Part shown: positions 45,731 to 55,522 of the stretch, in pieces | How the letters are laid out: each line of letters begins with the position of its first letter | Position numbering within the stretch: the first letter of the stretch is position 1 | NCBI GenBank assembly: GCA_036009605.1 | Contig: DASYLL010000012.1 | Location: 4,810 to 68,809, forward strand | Length of the DNA stretch: 64,000 nt | Reading direction: 5' to 3' | Origin: Thermoanaerobaculia bacterium | GTDB lineage: Bacteria > Acidobacteriota > Thermoanaerobaculia > Gp7-AA8 | Program-made: the position numbers and the translations under genes | Notes under the pieces: generated by a model | Database searches by the model: none | Told to the model about the DNA's origin: nothing | The model's input: the letters and a program-made list of their open reading frames with translations, nothing else

Positions 45731-45785
45731 AAGGAATCCGCGTTTCGCGTCTCTCTCCTGATTACCTACAAAGGAGGGACAACCC

Positions 45786-46775
45786 ATGGCGAAACGAACG
45801 ACCGGAGCGGCTGCGATCGCGGCTGCAGCGGAGCGGACGCAGAACATCGACAATTCCACGCGACAGGCAAGTCAGCCGGAACAAAGCTATCAGGACGACA
45901 CCAGCGGAACCGTCGACGAAGGCTCGGGCGACGAGCCGAGTTGTGCGATCAAGCAGTTGCCATCGCGTCTCCAGTTCAAAGCGGCCGAGGTCGCATCGTT
46001 GATCAATCCGGTCAATGAACCATCCTTCGGGCTCACTGCAGCAGTCTCTGAAGGAGTGTTGCCGACACCGCTGGCCATCGCGGTCGCGACCGCGAAATAT
46101 TGGGGAGCGAGACCACGCACGCTCACCGTCAGCTTCCTGGAAACGACACCCACGGAACTGCGGCGACGCATCCTCGGCCATCTGAATGCCTGGACGAGAA
46201 CCGGCGGTGTGCGATTTCAGGAGACCGCGAGCGGCGGTCAGGTGCGAATCTCTCGTGGCGCGGGCGGCTACTGGTCCTACCTCGGGACCGACGTCCTGCT
46301 CATCCCGCCCGGCCGGCCAACCATGAATCTGCAGTCCTTCACCATGAACACCGCGGAGAAGGAGTACACGCGCGTCGTCCGCCACGAGGCGGGTCACACG
46401 CTGGGGTTCCCGCACGAACACATGCGCAAAGATCTCGTGAAACTCATCGACCCGGCAAAAGCCTACGACTACTTTCTTCGCACGTATGGATGGGACAGGA
46501 CCACCGTCAAACAGCAGGTGCTGACCGCGCTCGACGAGCGGACGATCATGGGCACGCCGGTCGATCAGGATTCGATCATGTGCTACCAGCTTCCGGGCTC
46601 GATCACGACCAATGGACGTCCGATCCGCGGCGGCACCGACATCAACAACAGCGACTACGCGTTCGCAGGACGCATTTACCCGCGAAGCCTCGCGGCCGCC
46701 TCGACGGGCTGTTCCGAAACGTCGGACGACTGGCCCGAAAGCGAAGACGTGGACGTGAACAGCTACGCATCGTGA
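45786..46775 (+). CDS. Astacin-like (metzincin) zinc metalloprotease, no detectable signal peptide
   Basis: HEAGHTLGFPHEH = HExxHxxGxxHE signature. AAGGAGG SD. The N-terminal ~60 aa are acidic/low-complexity, not hydrophobic. Confidence 0.75.
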   Translation: MAKRTTGAAAIAAAAERTQNIDNSTRQASQPEQSYQDDTSGTVDEGSGDEPSCAIKQLPSRLQFKAAEVASLINPVNEPSFGLTAAVSEGVLPTPLAIAVATAKYWGARPRTLTVSFLETTPTELRRRILGHLNAWTRTGGVRFQETASGGQVRISRGAGGYWSYLGTDVLLIPPGRPTMNLQSFTMNTAEKEYTRVVRHEAGHTLGFPHEHMRKDLVKLIDPAKAYDYFLRTYGWDRTTVKQQVLTALDERTIMGTPVDQDSIMCYQLPGSITTNGRPIRGGTDINNSDYAFAGRIYPRSLAAASTGCSETSDDWPESEDVDVNSYAS

Positions 46776-46800
46776 GCGGCATTCGTACCCGAGGCCTCAG

Positions 46801-48699
46801 ATGAAACGGGTTGCATTCGTGAAAAGCGATTCGAGCGGCCGCGAACATTTCGCGGCCGCCACGGATCTTCCGACCTTCCTCGCGCAAGCAGGCGAATTGA
46901 CGTGTGCGCAACGGCAACGGATCGTGGAGCAGGCGCTGATCCTGGTCGGAGAGAACTACGCGCACCTGCCGTTGAAGCGCGCCATGCACTCGATCGATCC
47001 CGTGCAGCGTCTGAGGTTGTTGCTTCAGACGCTGAAGGCGGCAGCGGAGCCCGACCAGCCGACCGAGATCGAGTTCCATCGCGAGATGACCGACATCTTC
47101 ATGTCGCTCCGCGATCTCCACACGAACTACCTCCTGCCCGCGCCGTACAACCAGATGACCGCTTTTCTGCCGTTCCTGGTGGAAGACTACGTTCACGCGG
47201 ATGGCCAGCGCGGATACGTCGTCTCGCACGTTGTAACCTGGTTCACGCATCCGACCTTCGTCCCGGGAGTGGAAGTCCTCCATTGGAACGGGATGCCGAT
47301 CGAGCGTGCGGTCTCCCAAAACGGGCAGCGGTATGCAGGCAGCAACCGAGAGGCACGACATGCCCGCGGCGTGGAGACCCTCACCATCCGCGCATTGCTT
47401 CTTGCACCGCCGCCTGATGAGGACTGGGTGATCGTCGGGTACGAGACCGGGACGGGCGAACGGCTGGAGATTCGGATGAACTGGCAGGTCACTCCGTCGA
47501 TCGCGAGCCGAGTCGATCCCGACTCCGCCGGTCGCGGGGCCTCGGTCGCGCTGGGCATCGACCTCGAGAACGAGATCATTCGCCGAATGCGGGCCGCGCT
47601 CTTTGCTCCCGAAGTCCTCGCCGCATCCCGCGAAACGGCAGCGCCGCTCGCAGCGCGCGATTCGCGCTATCCCGACATCTTCACTGCGAAGGAGGTCGTC
47701 ACTCCCTCGGGAACGTTCGGCTACCTCCGCATTCGGACGTTCAATCACTGGCCGCCCGAGCAGTTCGTCGGAGAGTTTCTTCGGCTGATCGCCCTTCTCC
47801 CGCAACGCGGGCTCATCATCGACGTCCGCGGCAACGGCGGCGGCGTCATCATGAATGGAGAACTGATCCTGCAGACGCTCACGCCACGGACCATCGAGCC
47901 GGAGCCGGTCCAGTTCATCAACACGCCTCGCAATCTCGAGATCTGTCGCCGCAACGGGCCGCAGTCGCAATGGACCGATCTTTCCGCATGGCGGGACTCG
48001 ATCGCTCAGGCGCTCCAGACCGGCGCCGTCTTCTCCGCGGGCTTTCCGATCTCCGATCCCGAAGAGTGCAACGCCATCGGCCAACGCTACTTCGGACCGG
48101 TCGTTCTGATCACCGACGCACTCTGCTACAGCACGACCGATATCTTCGCCGCAGGCTTTCAGGATCACGGCATCGGCACCGTCCTCGGCACAGACGGCAA
48201 CACAGGTGCGGGAGGCGCCAACGTCTGGGAACATCAATCCTTCGTAAGCGACATCCTTCCCGATTCCGGATACGAAGAATTGCCGAACGGAGCCGGCATG
48301 CGGATCTCCATTCGCCGGACGCTGCGCGTCGGCGGACACGCAGGAGCTCCCGTCGAGGACCTCGGCGTGATCCCGCAAGAGCGCCACTTCCTCACTCGCA
48401 ACGACGTCCTCCACGACAACGAAGATCTCATCCGAAACGCGGCTTCTCTGCTGGCCGCTCGCCCAGTGCGCGCGCTGAAGGTGAAGTTCGAGCGCATCTC
48501 CTCGACACACGCGAAAGTCATCGCAGAAACAGAAGGAATGACGCGCCTCGACGTTTATCTGGACGACCGCCCCAACCAATCCATCGAAGTGGAAAACGGC
48601 CTCGTGCAGTTCGACGCTCCGCTGGCCCGTACTCTGGAGCTGCGTGGATTCGACGGCGGACAACTGGCGGCGCGGTATCGGACAGAGATTCACGCATAA
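46801..48699 (+). CDS. Peptidase S41 family protein (CPAF/tail-specific-protease-like), no detectable signal peptide
   Basis: GLIIDVRGNGGG motif and LITDALCYSTTDIFAAGFQD Ser region. 25 nt after the metalloprotease gene. Confidence 0.75.
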   Translation: MKRVAFVKSDSSGREHFAAATDLPTFLAQAGELTCAQRQRIVEQALILVGENYAHLPLKRAMHSIDPVQRLRLLLQTLKAAAEPDQPTEIEFHREMTDIFMSLRDLHTNYLLPAPYNQMTAFLPFLVEDYVHADGQRGYVVSHVVTWFTHPTFVPGVEVLHWNGMPIERAVSQNGQRYAGSNREARHARGVETLTIRALLLAPPPDEDWVIVGYETGTGERLEIRMNWQVTPSIASRVDPDSAGRGASVALGIDLENEIIRRMRAALFAPEVLAASRETAAPLAARDSRYPDIFTAKEVVTPSGTFGYLRIRTFNHWPPEQFVGEFLRLIALLPQRGLIIDVRGNGGGVIMNGELILQTLTPRTIEPEPVQFINTPRNLEICRRNGPQSQWTDLSAWRDSIAQALQTGAVFSAGFPISDPEECNAIGQRYFGPVVLITDALCYSTTDIFAAGFQDHGIGTVLGTDGNTGAGGANVWEHQSFVSDILPDSGYEELPNGAGMRISIRRTLRVGGHAGAPVEDLGVIPQERHFLTRNDVLHDNEDLIRNAASLLAARPVRALKVKFERISSTHAKVIAETEGMTRLDVYLDDRPNQSIEVENGLVQFDAPLARTLELRGFDGGQLAARYRTEIHA

Positions 48700-51600
48700 C
48701 TGTACGGCAGCGTTCGCACGGCATCCGGCGAACCGTTGGCCATCTCGACGAAGCGACAGAGACCATTCACGAGTCGCATCTGCTTGGGCGTCTTGCACGC
48801 AACGTCGAGCAGTCGGGGGCTGGCGACGACCGTTGCGACGCAGCGAGCGCGCGAGATCGCAACGTTCAATCGATTGCGGCTGAAGAGAAACTCGATGTCG
48901 CGCGGAAGCTCGGCGGCGCTCGACGTGGCCATGCTGAAGAAAACGATCTGCGCCTCTCTCCCCTGAAATTTGTCGACCGTTCCGACCGGCACATCGCTCA
49001 ACCCAGCCTCGGAAAGGACATTCGTGATGCGACGCACTTGCGCGTTGTACGCGGCAACGATGAGGAAATTCGAGGGACGCAGCGGCGACACTCTTCCCTT
49101 CGAGTCGGTGAACGTGCCGCGCAGCATGCGTCGAATCTCTGCCGCGATTGCCTGCGCTTCTTCTTCCGAGGACTGTGCGTTGCCGACGTGCTCGACGGCC
49201 AGGAATCGCAATCCGGTTTCCACCACCCCGCCGATTGTCACGGCTTGATTCGCACACTCATCTGCAGATTCGAGTCGCGAGTCGTAGACGACCTCAGAAA
49301 CGAACTCGCAGACCTTCGGATGCATGCGCCGCGTGTGTCCGAGGAAGATGCCGCGATCGGGCGGAACGGTTGCGTGCTTGCCGAGAAGGTGTTCGAGAAC
49401 GGAGCCGCCGGCGCCGTCGGGATGTGCGCCTTGCGAGACCTGCGCGAGCTGCAACGGATCGCCGAGGAGGATCACATTGCGGGCGGCGGTCGAGACGGCG
49501 ATTGCGTTTGCGAGCGACACCTGTCCCGCTTCGTCGATGAAGAGATAGTCGAGAGTGCGGTCCATCGCGTCATCCGAGAAGAGCCAGGCAGTGCCGGCGA
49601 CGAGCGCGATCGCGGGATCGGCGCAAGCGCCGTTGCTGCTCGTCGGCTCGATCATCGGATTCGGCAGTTTCGACACGAAGATCGAATCCTCGCCGGTGCT
49701 GCTCTTCTTCAAACCGCGGAACCAGAAGTTTTTCTCGCGCGCGAACTCTTCGACCCGCTCGAGCAGATTGTGAATGGCCTTGTGTGAGTTCGATGTCACG
49801 CCGACGCGCTTTCCGGCGCGCAGCAGATCGACGATGACGTGCGCGCCGGTGTACGTCTTGCCGGAGCCCAGAGGTCCCTGCACAAACAGATACGAGTCGT
49901 CGAGATTGCGCGTGACCTCGGCGGGATCGTGCAGTGCCTCACCTTCCGCGAGACCGCGCACGCGCGGCGCGTGATTGAGGAGGATGTCGAGACCGGCGCG
50001 ATAGGGGGTACCGGACTCGACGACTGCTTTCGCGAAACGACGGATGGCTTTGCGAATGGGACCGCTGTTGATCGAGGGCTTCGGAATGAGGGCGATGGGA
50101 TGCGGCTGCTGCGCGAGCTTCGGTCCGCGACGAAGCGTGAGCACACCGGTCGCATCCTCGAGCGACTCGATCTCGCCCGCACTCTCGCCGTCGCGCGCGT
50201 CGCACACGACGTCGCCTTCATCAAACTTGTGTTCCTGCGGTTTGAAGCGGTACGTGAAGAGCAGTGACTTCTTCATCTTCACCGGCGCGACGGTCTCGTC
50301 GAGCATCAATCCCGCGATCGATTCGCTGTCCTCGAACAGCTCATCGGCCGTCATCTTCTGCCGCGCGAAGTACCACCACCACGCCGGCCGTTCTTCGCGC
50401 CGGTGGTAATAAAGAAGATGCGCGAGCAGCGGCTGCTCATCGATCAGTTGCGCGTGCAGAGCGGCGGTTTCTTCATCCTCGTCGCGTCGCTCTTCCTTCA
50501 GCGGCTGCGCCTGCTCCGAATCCTTCCACGCGACGTCGGCAGGCTTGATTGCCGCGAGCCACCGCTGCAGGCCGAGCACGGAAATGCAGTCCTCGCGGTT
50601 GTATCGCTCGATCGAGACGAGCATCGCCGGATCGTTCGTCTCCAGCCATTGCTCGTACGCGAGCACCGCGCCGCCCGCGTCGGCAACGCCTTCTTCTTCG
50701 CGTTGAAAGTAAAACGTCTCGACCTTCTTGAGGCCGTATCCGGAGTGCGAGATGCGCATCGACTGACGCACGATCGCAGAGAGATCGACGAACGCCTCCT
50801 GTCGCAGCAGATCATCGAGCTCGCGTTCGCGCGTGCCGTGTCGTCCCGTCAATCTTTTGAGCGTGGCCACTTCCATCGCACCGTAGTGATAGATGTGCGC
50901 ATCGGGATCCGCCGCGCGACGCGCCACGAGAAAGTCCATCACCTCGGCGAACGCCTCAGCCTCCGCCGCAGCGTTGTGAGCCCACCATGCGCGGTACTCG
51001 CTCTCGCTCCATGCAACGCCGAAGAGGTACGTCAGTCCCTCGCCGACGAACGGATCGCCTTCGACATCGAAGAACACATCGCCCGAGGACGGCCTCGGCA
51101 GACGGAGAAAGCCGCGCTCCGATTCCTGCGGCAGCAATTCGAACGTGTGAATGCCTGTACGCCGATGTTCGAGTTGCAAGCGCGCCTGATGCGCGAGGAC
51201 GCCGAGGTTCTCCGGCTGAATCCGAGGAACGCGCAACTCCGGCGGCACCTCGGCAAGCGCAGTCAGCGTCGTTACGCCCCCTTTCTCCAGCCGCGTGGCC
51301 TGCGTGCGGCGGATGTTCGCAACGAGTGAAAGATGGTCGACGTTGTTCCAATGCTTCCAGCAATGTGCCGACCAATCGCAGAGCGCGCAGAACTCGACCG
51401 GATACGGCGCGGGCGCGTCGCCACGTCCGATGAATGCTTCGACGGATGCGCGGACATGACGGTAGTACGCGGCGTACTCGGCGACGATGAAGGAGACGCG
51501 CTCGTTCGTGCCGAGGATGATGTGCATCGACTCGGGAGCGACGCCCTGCAGGCGTGCGAGGTGCGCGCTGTAATCGGACAGCTGTAGAAGAAAGTGAGCC

Positions 51601-52040
51601 TTCACGGCGCGCGCGAGTTTCGTGTCGAGGACTTCGTAACTCCAGTCGCCGAGGATCGAAGGGCGTTCGACGCGCTCGAGGAGATCGGCGTAGCCAACCC
51701 AGCGGCCGTCGAAGAACGCGGCCTGATAGATCGCGTCCGCGCCGCCGCGCATCGCGTCGAGCGTCGCGGCTTCGGCGTGGCGCAGATCCGACGGAAGCCA
51801 GTCGGGACGATCGATGGTAACGACGCGTTTGCCGCTTGCATGGAGAGTGGCCAGATACGCGTGCTCGTGCTCATCGCCCTTCTCTGCGATCAGATCGGTC
51901 CATGCAGACGGAGGCCGTGTCGCGAGCGGTTTGATCACGCCGCTCTTGGTCCCGTGATCGAGAAACGTCGCATGCTCGCAGCGCACGTACTTCGTGAGAT
52001 CGCCCGTGGCGAAGAGCAGAGTCGAACCGGCGTATCGCAT
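48690..52040 (-). CDS. RecB-like nuclease (TM0106-type PD-(D/E)xK + RNase-H-like exonuclease domain) fused to an SF1 DNA2/Upf1-like helicase (1116 aa)
   Basis: ORF 48690..53147, trimmed to MRYAGSTLLFATGDLTKYVRCEH (ATG at 52040). YEVLDTKLAR nuclease core, FFDVEGDP...YNREDC exonuclease-like. Helicase Walker A GPLGSGKTYT, Walker B FIDEAGQ, later motifs VDKFQGREAQIV, RLNVAISRAR. Confidence 0.85.
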   Translation of the reverse strand: MRYAGSTLLFATGDLTKYVRCEHATFLDHGTKSGVIKPLATRPPSAWTDLIAEKGDEHEHAYLATLHASGKRVVTIDRPDWLPSDLRHAEAATLDAMRGGADAIYQAAFFDGRWVGYADLLERVERPSILGDWSYEVLDTKLARAVKAHFLLQLSDYSAHLARLQGVAPESMHIILGTNERVSFIVAEYAAYYRHVRASVEAFIGRGDAPAPYPVEFCALCDWSAHCWKHWNNVDHLSLVANIRRTQATRLEKGGVTTLTALAEVPPELRVPRIQPENLGVLAHQARLQLEHRRTGIHTFELLPQESERGFLRLPRPSSGDVFFDVEGDPFVGEGLTYLFGVAWSESEYRAWWAHNAAAEAEAFAEVMDFLVARRAADPDAHIYHYGAMEVATLKRLTGRHGTRERELDDLLRQEAFVDLSAIVRQSMRISHSGYGLKKVETFYFQREEEGVADAGGAVLAYEQWLETNDPAMLVSIERYNREDCISVLGLQRWLAAIKPADVAWKDSEQAQPLKEERRDEDEETAALHAQLIDEQPLLAHLLYYHRREERPAWWWYFARQKMTADELFEDSESIAGLMLDETVAPVKMKKSLLFTYRFKPQEHKFDEGDVVCDARDGESAGEIESLEDATGVLTLRRGPKLAQQPHPIALIPKPSINSGPIRKAIRRFAKAVVESGTPYRAGLDILLNHAPRVRGLAEGEALHDPAEVTRNLDDSYLFVQGPLGSGKTYTGAHVIVDLLRAGKRVGVTSNSHKAIHNLLERVEEFAREKNFWFRGLKKSSTGEDSIFVSKLPNPMIEPTSSNGACADPAIALVAGTAWLFSDDAMDRTLDYLFIDEAGQVSLANAIAVSTAARNVILLGDPLQLAQVSQGAHPDGAGGSVLEHLLGKHATVPPDRGIFLGHTRRMHPKVCEFVSEVVYDSRLESADECANQAVTIGGVVETGLRFLAVEHVGNAQSSEEEAQAIAAEIRRMLRGTFTDSKGRVSPLRPSNFLIVAAYNAQVRRITNVLSEAGLSDVPVGTVDKFQGREAQIVFFSMATSSAAELPRDIEFLFSRNRLNVAISRARCVATVVASPRLLDVACKTPKQMRLVNGLCRFVEMANGSPDAVRTLPYSYA

Positions 52041-52118
52041 TGCACACGGATCGACACGAACGCGCGGCGACGGTGGCGTGACGCCCCGTTTTCGCGCGGA
52101 GCGTGTCTTGACGATGGA

Positions 52119-54236
52119 ATGTTGCCGACGGAGCTCGAGCGTGTGTTGCAGGCGTCGATCGCACGCCGACAGTGGACCGACCGCGGAAAACGCCGGGCGG
52201 AGAGCCCGTCGTTCCAGTGGATCGCGCAAGGCGGCAGCGCGAACGTGCATGGCTATGCGACAGGCGACTTCGTCTACATCGGCAACGGCGCTGGGACCGA
52301 ACCTTCGGCGATCGATCCGCGTCTGCCGATCGACGCCGCGTATCCGAACACGTCCGGCGAACAGATGCCGTACTGGCCGGCCTATGACTCGATCCCCGCG
52401 GAATGCCGTGCCGCGTATCTGCAGTGGCTGCACGGCGGACGCACGGATCCGTACGTCGCCATCGGATACGTCTTCGTCTTCTTCTACGGCCTCGAACGCC
52501 GCGTCTACGACTTCATCGCGCGCCGCGGCTCGAACGCGGACGAAGTTCTCGCCATCGCGAACGAAGTGGCTCGTCTGTACGCGCTGCACGCGAACCGCAG
52601 CGGCTCGTTCGAACGCTACGCGGAAGAGCTGCTCGATCTGATCGAGTTGATCGAACCGCGCGCGCGAACGATTCCGCGTGAGATCACGATCCAGCCCGGA
52701 TACGGCGTCCCGCGCCGCATCGCTATCGCACTCGGTGAGCTTGCGGTTGCAGAACAGCCGGTTCCCGCAGGACTCGCGCTCGATTGGCTGCGGTCGATCT
52801 GGTATTTCAACATGCCGGCCATACGCTGCGCGGACGAATTCGAACTGCTCTTTCACATCCGCTACGCGAAACGTTTCGGGCAGGGACTTTATCTGCAGCC
52901 GGGCCGCACGTTCCTCGACTTCACCTACCAACCCGCCAGTGCCGCACTCGACGCGATCCGCGTCAACCAGCGCGACATTCCCGACGTCACGCAGCTCGCT
53001 CGACCACGCACGAAACTCACCGAGCTCACCCAGGAATGCAGCAGCGCACTCGACGCCTTCAGCCGTCTCCTCGGCAAGAATCCCAGCGCACGCGAATCGC
53101 TCGCGGCATTCGCACTGCTGCCCGATGAGCTGATCGAGGGCACGCATTCCGCCGACGCGAAATCACTCGCTGCGCTCGTCACCTCGCGTCTCGACGAGCA
53201 CGGCCGCGCGCAACTCGGCGCGGCTGAGCTGCTGCAATTCGTGCGCATCGCGAAGCCGGAGAAGATCGCGAAGAACGAAGCGATGCTGCTCGCGCAGGCG
53301 CTCGAAAAACTCGGCTACGGCATCGAGCCCGACGTGCGCCTCGGCGGTCCGACGTTCGAGAGCGACGGCCGCGTGATCGTTTTTCGCCGCCTCCCCGACT
53401 GTCCGTCCACTGCATCGGATGAATACGCAACGGCCACGATCTGCATGCGCCTCGGCACGATGGTCAGTGCCGCCGACGACGACGTTTCTGAACAGGAACG
53501 CGCACTCCTCGAGCGACACATCGCCGAAGCGCTCCTGCTCTCCGCGGGCGAACGCCAACGCCTCCGCGCGCACCTCGCGTGGCTGATCGAAACAAATCCC
53601 GGAACCGCGGGCATGAAGAAACGCCTCGCCGCACTGTCGCACGACGCGCGGCATCACATCGGACGACTGCTCGTCAGCATCGCCACGACCGACACGCGCG
53701 TCGATCCGCGCGAGATGAAGATCCTCGAAAAGCTCTACGACCTCATCGGACTCAATGAGACCGATCTCTATCGCGACGTCCACTCCGCGCAATCCGCGGA
53801 CGATGAGCCGCTCGTGATCGACACGCCCGCGTCAGTCTCGAAGCGATTCACCATTCCTCCGAAGCCGCAGCCAACACCCGGCCTCGACATGTCGCGCGTC
53901 CGACTCCGCATCGCGGAAACGCGCCAGGTGTCCGCGCTTCTCGGCAGCATCTTCGTCGAAGACGAAGCACCTGCGCGCATCGCACCCATCGCTGCGCAAG
54001 CAAACACGATCGGCACACTCGATGCCGCGCATTCGGAACTGCTGCGCCGTCTTGCGCAATGCGAGAGCTGGACGCGCGACGAAGTCGAGCGCATCACGTT
54101 GGAACTGTCGCTGATGACCGACGGCGCGCTCGAAGCGATCAACGACTACGCCTACGCGACCGCGGATGAGCCGTTCTGGGAAGACGACGATCCGATCGCG
54201 ATCAACGCCGCAGTAGCGAGGAACTTCATTCGATGA
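52119..54236 (+). CDS. TerB-N / TerB / TerB-C three-domain protein (SngA-like)
   Basis: ORF 51594.., trimmed to ATG at 52119. TerB-N: MPYWPAYDSIPAECRAAYLQWLHGGRTDPYVAIGYVFVFFYGLERR. Central TerB-like helical bundle: MVSAADDDVSEQERALLERHI...VSIATTDTRVDPREMKILEKLYDLIGL. TerB-C: LDAAHSELLRRLAQCESWTRDEVERI...INDYAY. Confidence 0.8.
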   Translation: MLPTELERVLQASIARRQWTDRGKRRAESPSFQWIAQGGSANVHGYATGDFVYIGNGAGTEPSAIDPRLPIDAAYPNTSGEQMPYWPAYDSIPAECRAAYLQWLHGGRTDPYVAIGYVFVFFYGLERRVYDFIARRGSNADEVLAIANEVARLYALHANRSGSFERYAEELLDLIELIEPRARTIPREITIQPGYGVPRRIAIALGELAVAEQPVPAGLALDWLRSIWYFNMPAIRCADEFELLFHIRYAKRFGQGLYLQPGRTFLDFTYQPASAALDAIRVNQRDIPDVTQLARPRTKLTELTQECSSALDAFSRLLGKNPSARESLAAFALLPDELIEGTHSADAKSLAALVTSRLDEHGRAQLGAAELLQFVRIAKPEKIAKNEAMLLAQALEKLGYGIEPDVRLGGPTFESDGRVIVFRRLPDCPSTASDEYATATICMRLGTMVSAADDDVSEQERALLERHIAEALLLSAGERQRLRAHLAWLIETNPGTAGMKKRLAALSHDARHHIGRLLVSIATTDTRVDPREMKILEKLYDLIGLNETDLYRDVHSAQSADDEPLVIDTPASVSKRFTIPPKPQPTPGLDMSRVRLRIAETRQVSALLGSIFVEDEAPARIAPIAAQANTIGTLDAAHSELLRRLAQCESWTRDEVERITLELSLMTDGALEAINDYAYATADEPFWEDDDPIAINAAVARNFIR

Positions 54237-55522
54237 TCAAACCAAAGCATCGCGAATCGATCATTCAATCGCTGCGCGCCGGTGTCGTGCCGCGCGCGGG
54301 ACAGCAACACATCCAGGTCGGCCGCCACGACGAAGTGAAGGCGCTCGTCACGGACATCGATCGCGTGGCAGACGCCGGCTCATCGATCCGCTTCATCATC
54401 GGCGAGTACGGTTCCGGCAAAACGTTCTTCCTGAATCTCATCCGCTCCATTGCGCTCGAACGCAACCTCGTCACGATCAACGCCGACCTCTCGCCCGATC
54501 GCCGCCTGCACGCGACCGGCGGACAGGCGCGATCGCTGTACGCGGAGTTGATGCGCAATCTCGCGACGCGCTCGAAACCGGATGGCGGCGCGTTGGCGAG
54601 CGTCGTCGAGAAGTTCGTCTCCAGCGCACTCGCCGAAGCGCGCGCCGCGGAAATCGGCGTCGACGCGGTAATTCGCACGCGACTGGCATCGCTCCAGGAG
54701 CTCGTCGGCGGCTACGACTTCGCGCACGTCATCGAGGCGTACTGGCGCGCACACGACAGCGGCAACGAAGACCTGAAGGAATCGGCGCTGCGCTGGCTGC
54801 GCGGCGAGTACACGAGCAAAACCGACGCGCGCACGCACCTCGGCGTCCGCACGATCGTCAGCGATGCGAACGTCTACGATCAGCTGAAGCTCTTCTCGCG
54901 CTTCGTACGTCTCGCGGGATACGGCGGATTGCTGATCGTGCTCGACGAGCTCGTGAATCTCTACAAGCTCGCGAACACGCAGGCGCGCAACAGCAACTAC
55001 GAACAGATCCTGCGCATTCTCAATGACATGCTGCAGGGATCCGCCGAAGGCATGGGCGTCCTCCTCGGCGGCACGCCGGAGTTTCTGCTCGACACGCGCC
55101 GCGGTCTCTACAGCTACTCGGCGCTGCAATCGCGACTCGCGCAGAACCAGTTCGCGACGAACGGTCTCGTCGACTACAGCGGTCCCGTATTGCCGCTCTC
55201 GCAGCTCACAAAGGAAGACCTGTACGTGTTGCTCGCGAACATCCGCAACGTATACGCGCTCGGCGATGCCTCGAAATACCTCATCCCCGACGACGCGCTC
55301 GAGGCGTTCATGCATCACTGCTCGACGCGCATCGGCGACGCCTATTTCCGCACGCCGCGCAACACCGTGACCGCATTCGTGAGTCTGCTCTCCGTGCTCG
55401 AACAGAACGCCGAAGCGAAGTGGCACGAGCTGCTCGGAGCGGTCACGATTCCGACCGACCGCAATCCCGATCTCGAAGGCGTCGCGGACGACGATGACGA
55501 TCTCGCCTCCTTCCGGCTCTGA
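54233..55522 (+). CDS. P-loop ATPase, DUF2791/BrxD-like (SngB-like)
   Basis: The start overlaps the upstream stop (ATGA). Walker A GEYGSGKTF, Walker B GLLIVLDELVNL. ~430 aa. Confidence 0.8.
   Translation: MIKPKHRESIIQSLRAGVVPRAGQQHIQVGRHDEVKALVTDIDRVADAGSSIRFIIGEYGSGKTFFLNLIRSIALERNLVTINADLSPDRRLHATGGQARSLYAELMRNLATRSKPDGGALASVVEKFVSSALAEARAAEIGVDAVIRTRLASLQELVGGYDFAHVIEAYWRAHDSGNEDLKESALRWLRGEYTSKTDARTHLGVRTIVSDANVYDQLKLFSRFVRLAGYGGLLIVLDELVNLYKLANTQARNSNYEQILRILNDMLQGSAEGMGVLLGGTPEFLLDTRRGLYSYSALQSRLAQNQFATNGLVDYSGPVLPLSQLTKEDLYVLLANIRNVYALGDASKYLIPDDALEAFMHHCSTRIGDAYFRTPRNTVTAFVSLLSVLEQNAEAKWHELLGAVTIPTDRNPDLEGVADDDDDLASFRL

Noticed and set aside
46642-49787. 871-aa minus-strand ORF (46642..49257) and 605-aa plus-strand ORF (47970..49787)
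   Set aside because: They are antisense or out of frame relative to the S41 peptidase and the nuclease/helicase genes. The translations are Arg-rich with no motifs.
52041-53147. N-terminal 369 codons of the 1485-aa minus-strand ORF 48690..53147
   Set aside because: The recognisable RecB-like protein begins at MRYAGST (52040). The upstream extension overlaps the TerB-N gene on the other strand and has shadow-like composition, so I trimmed the gene to 48690..52040.
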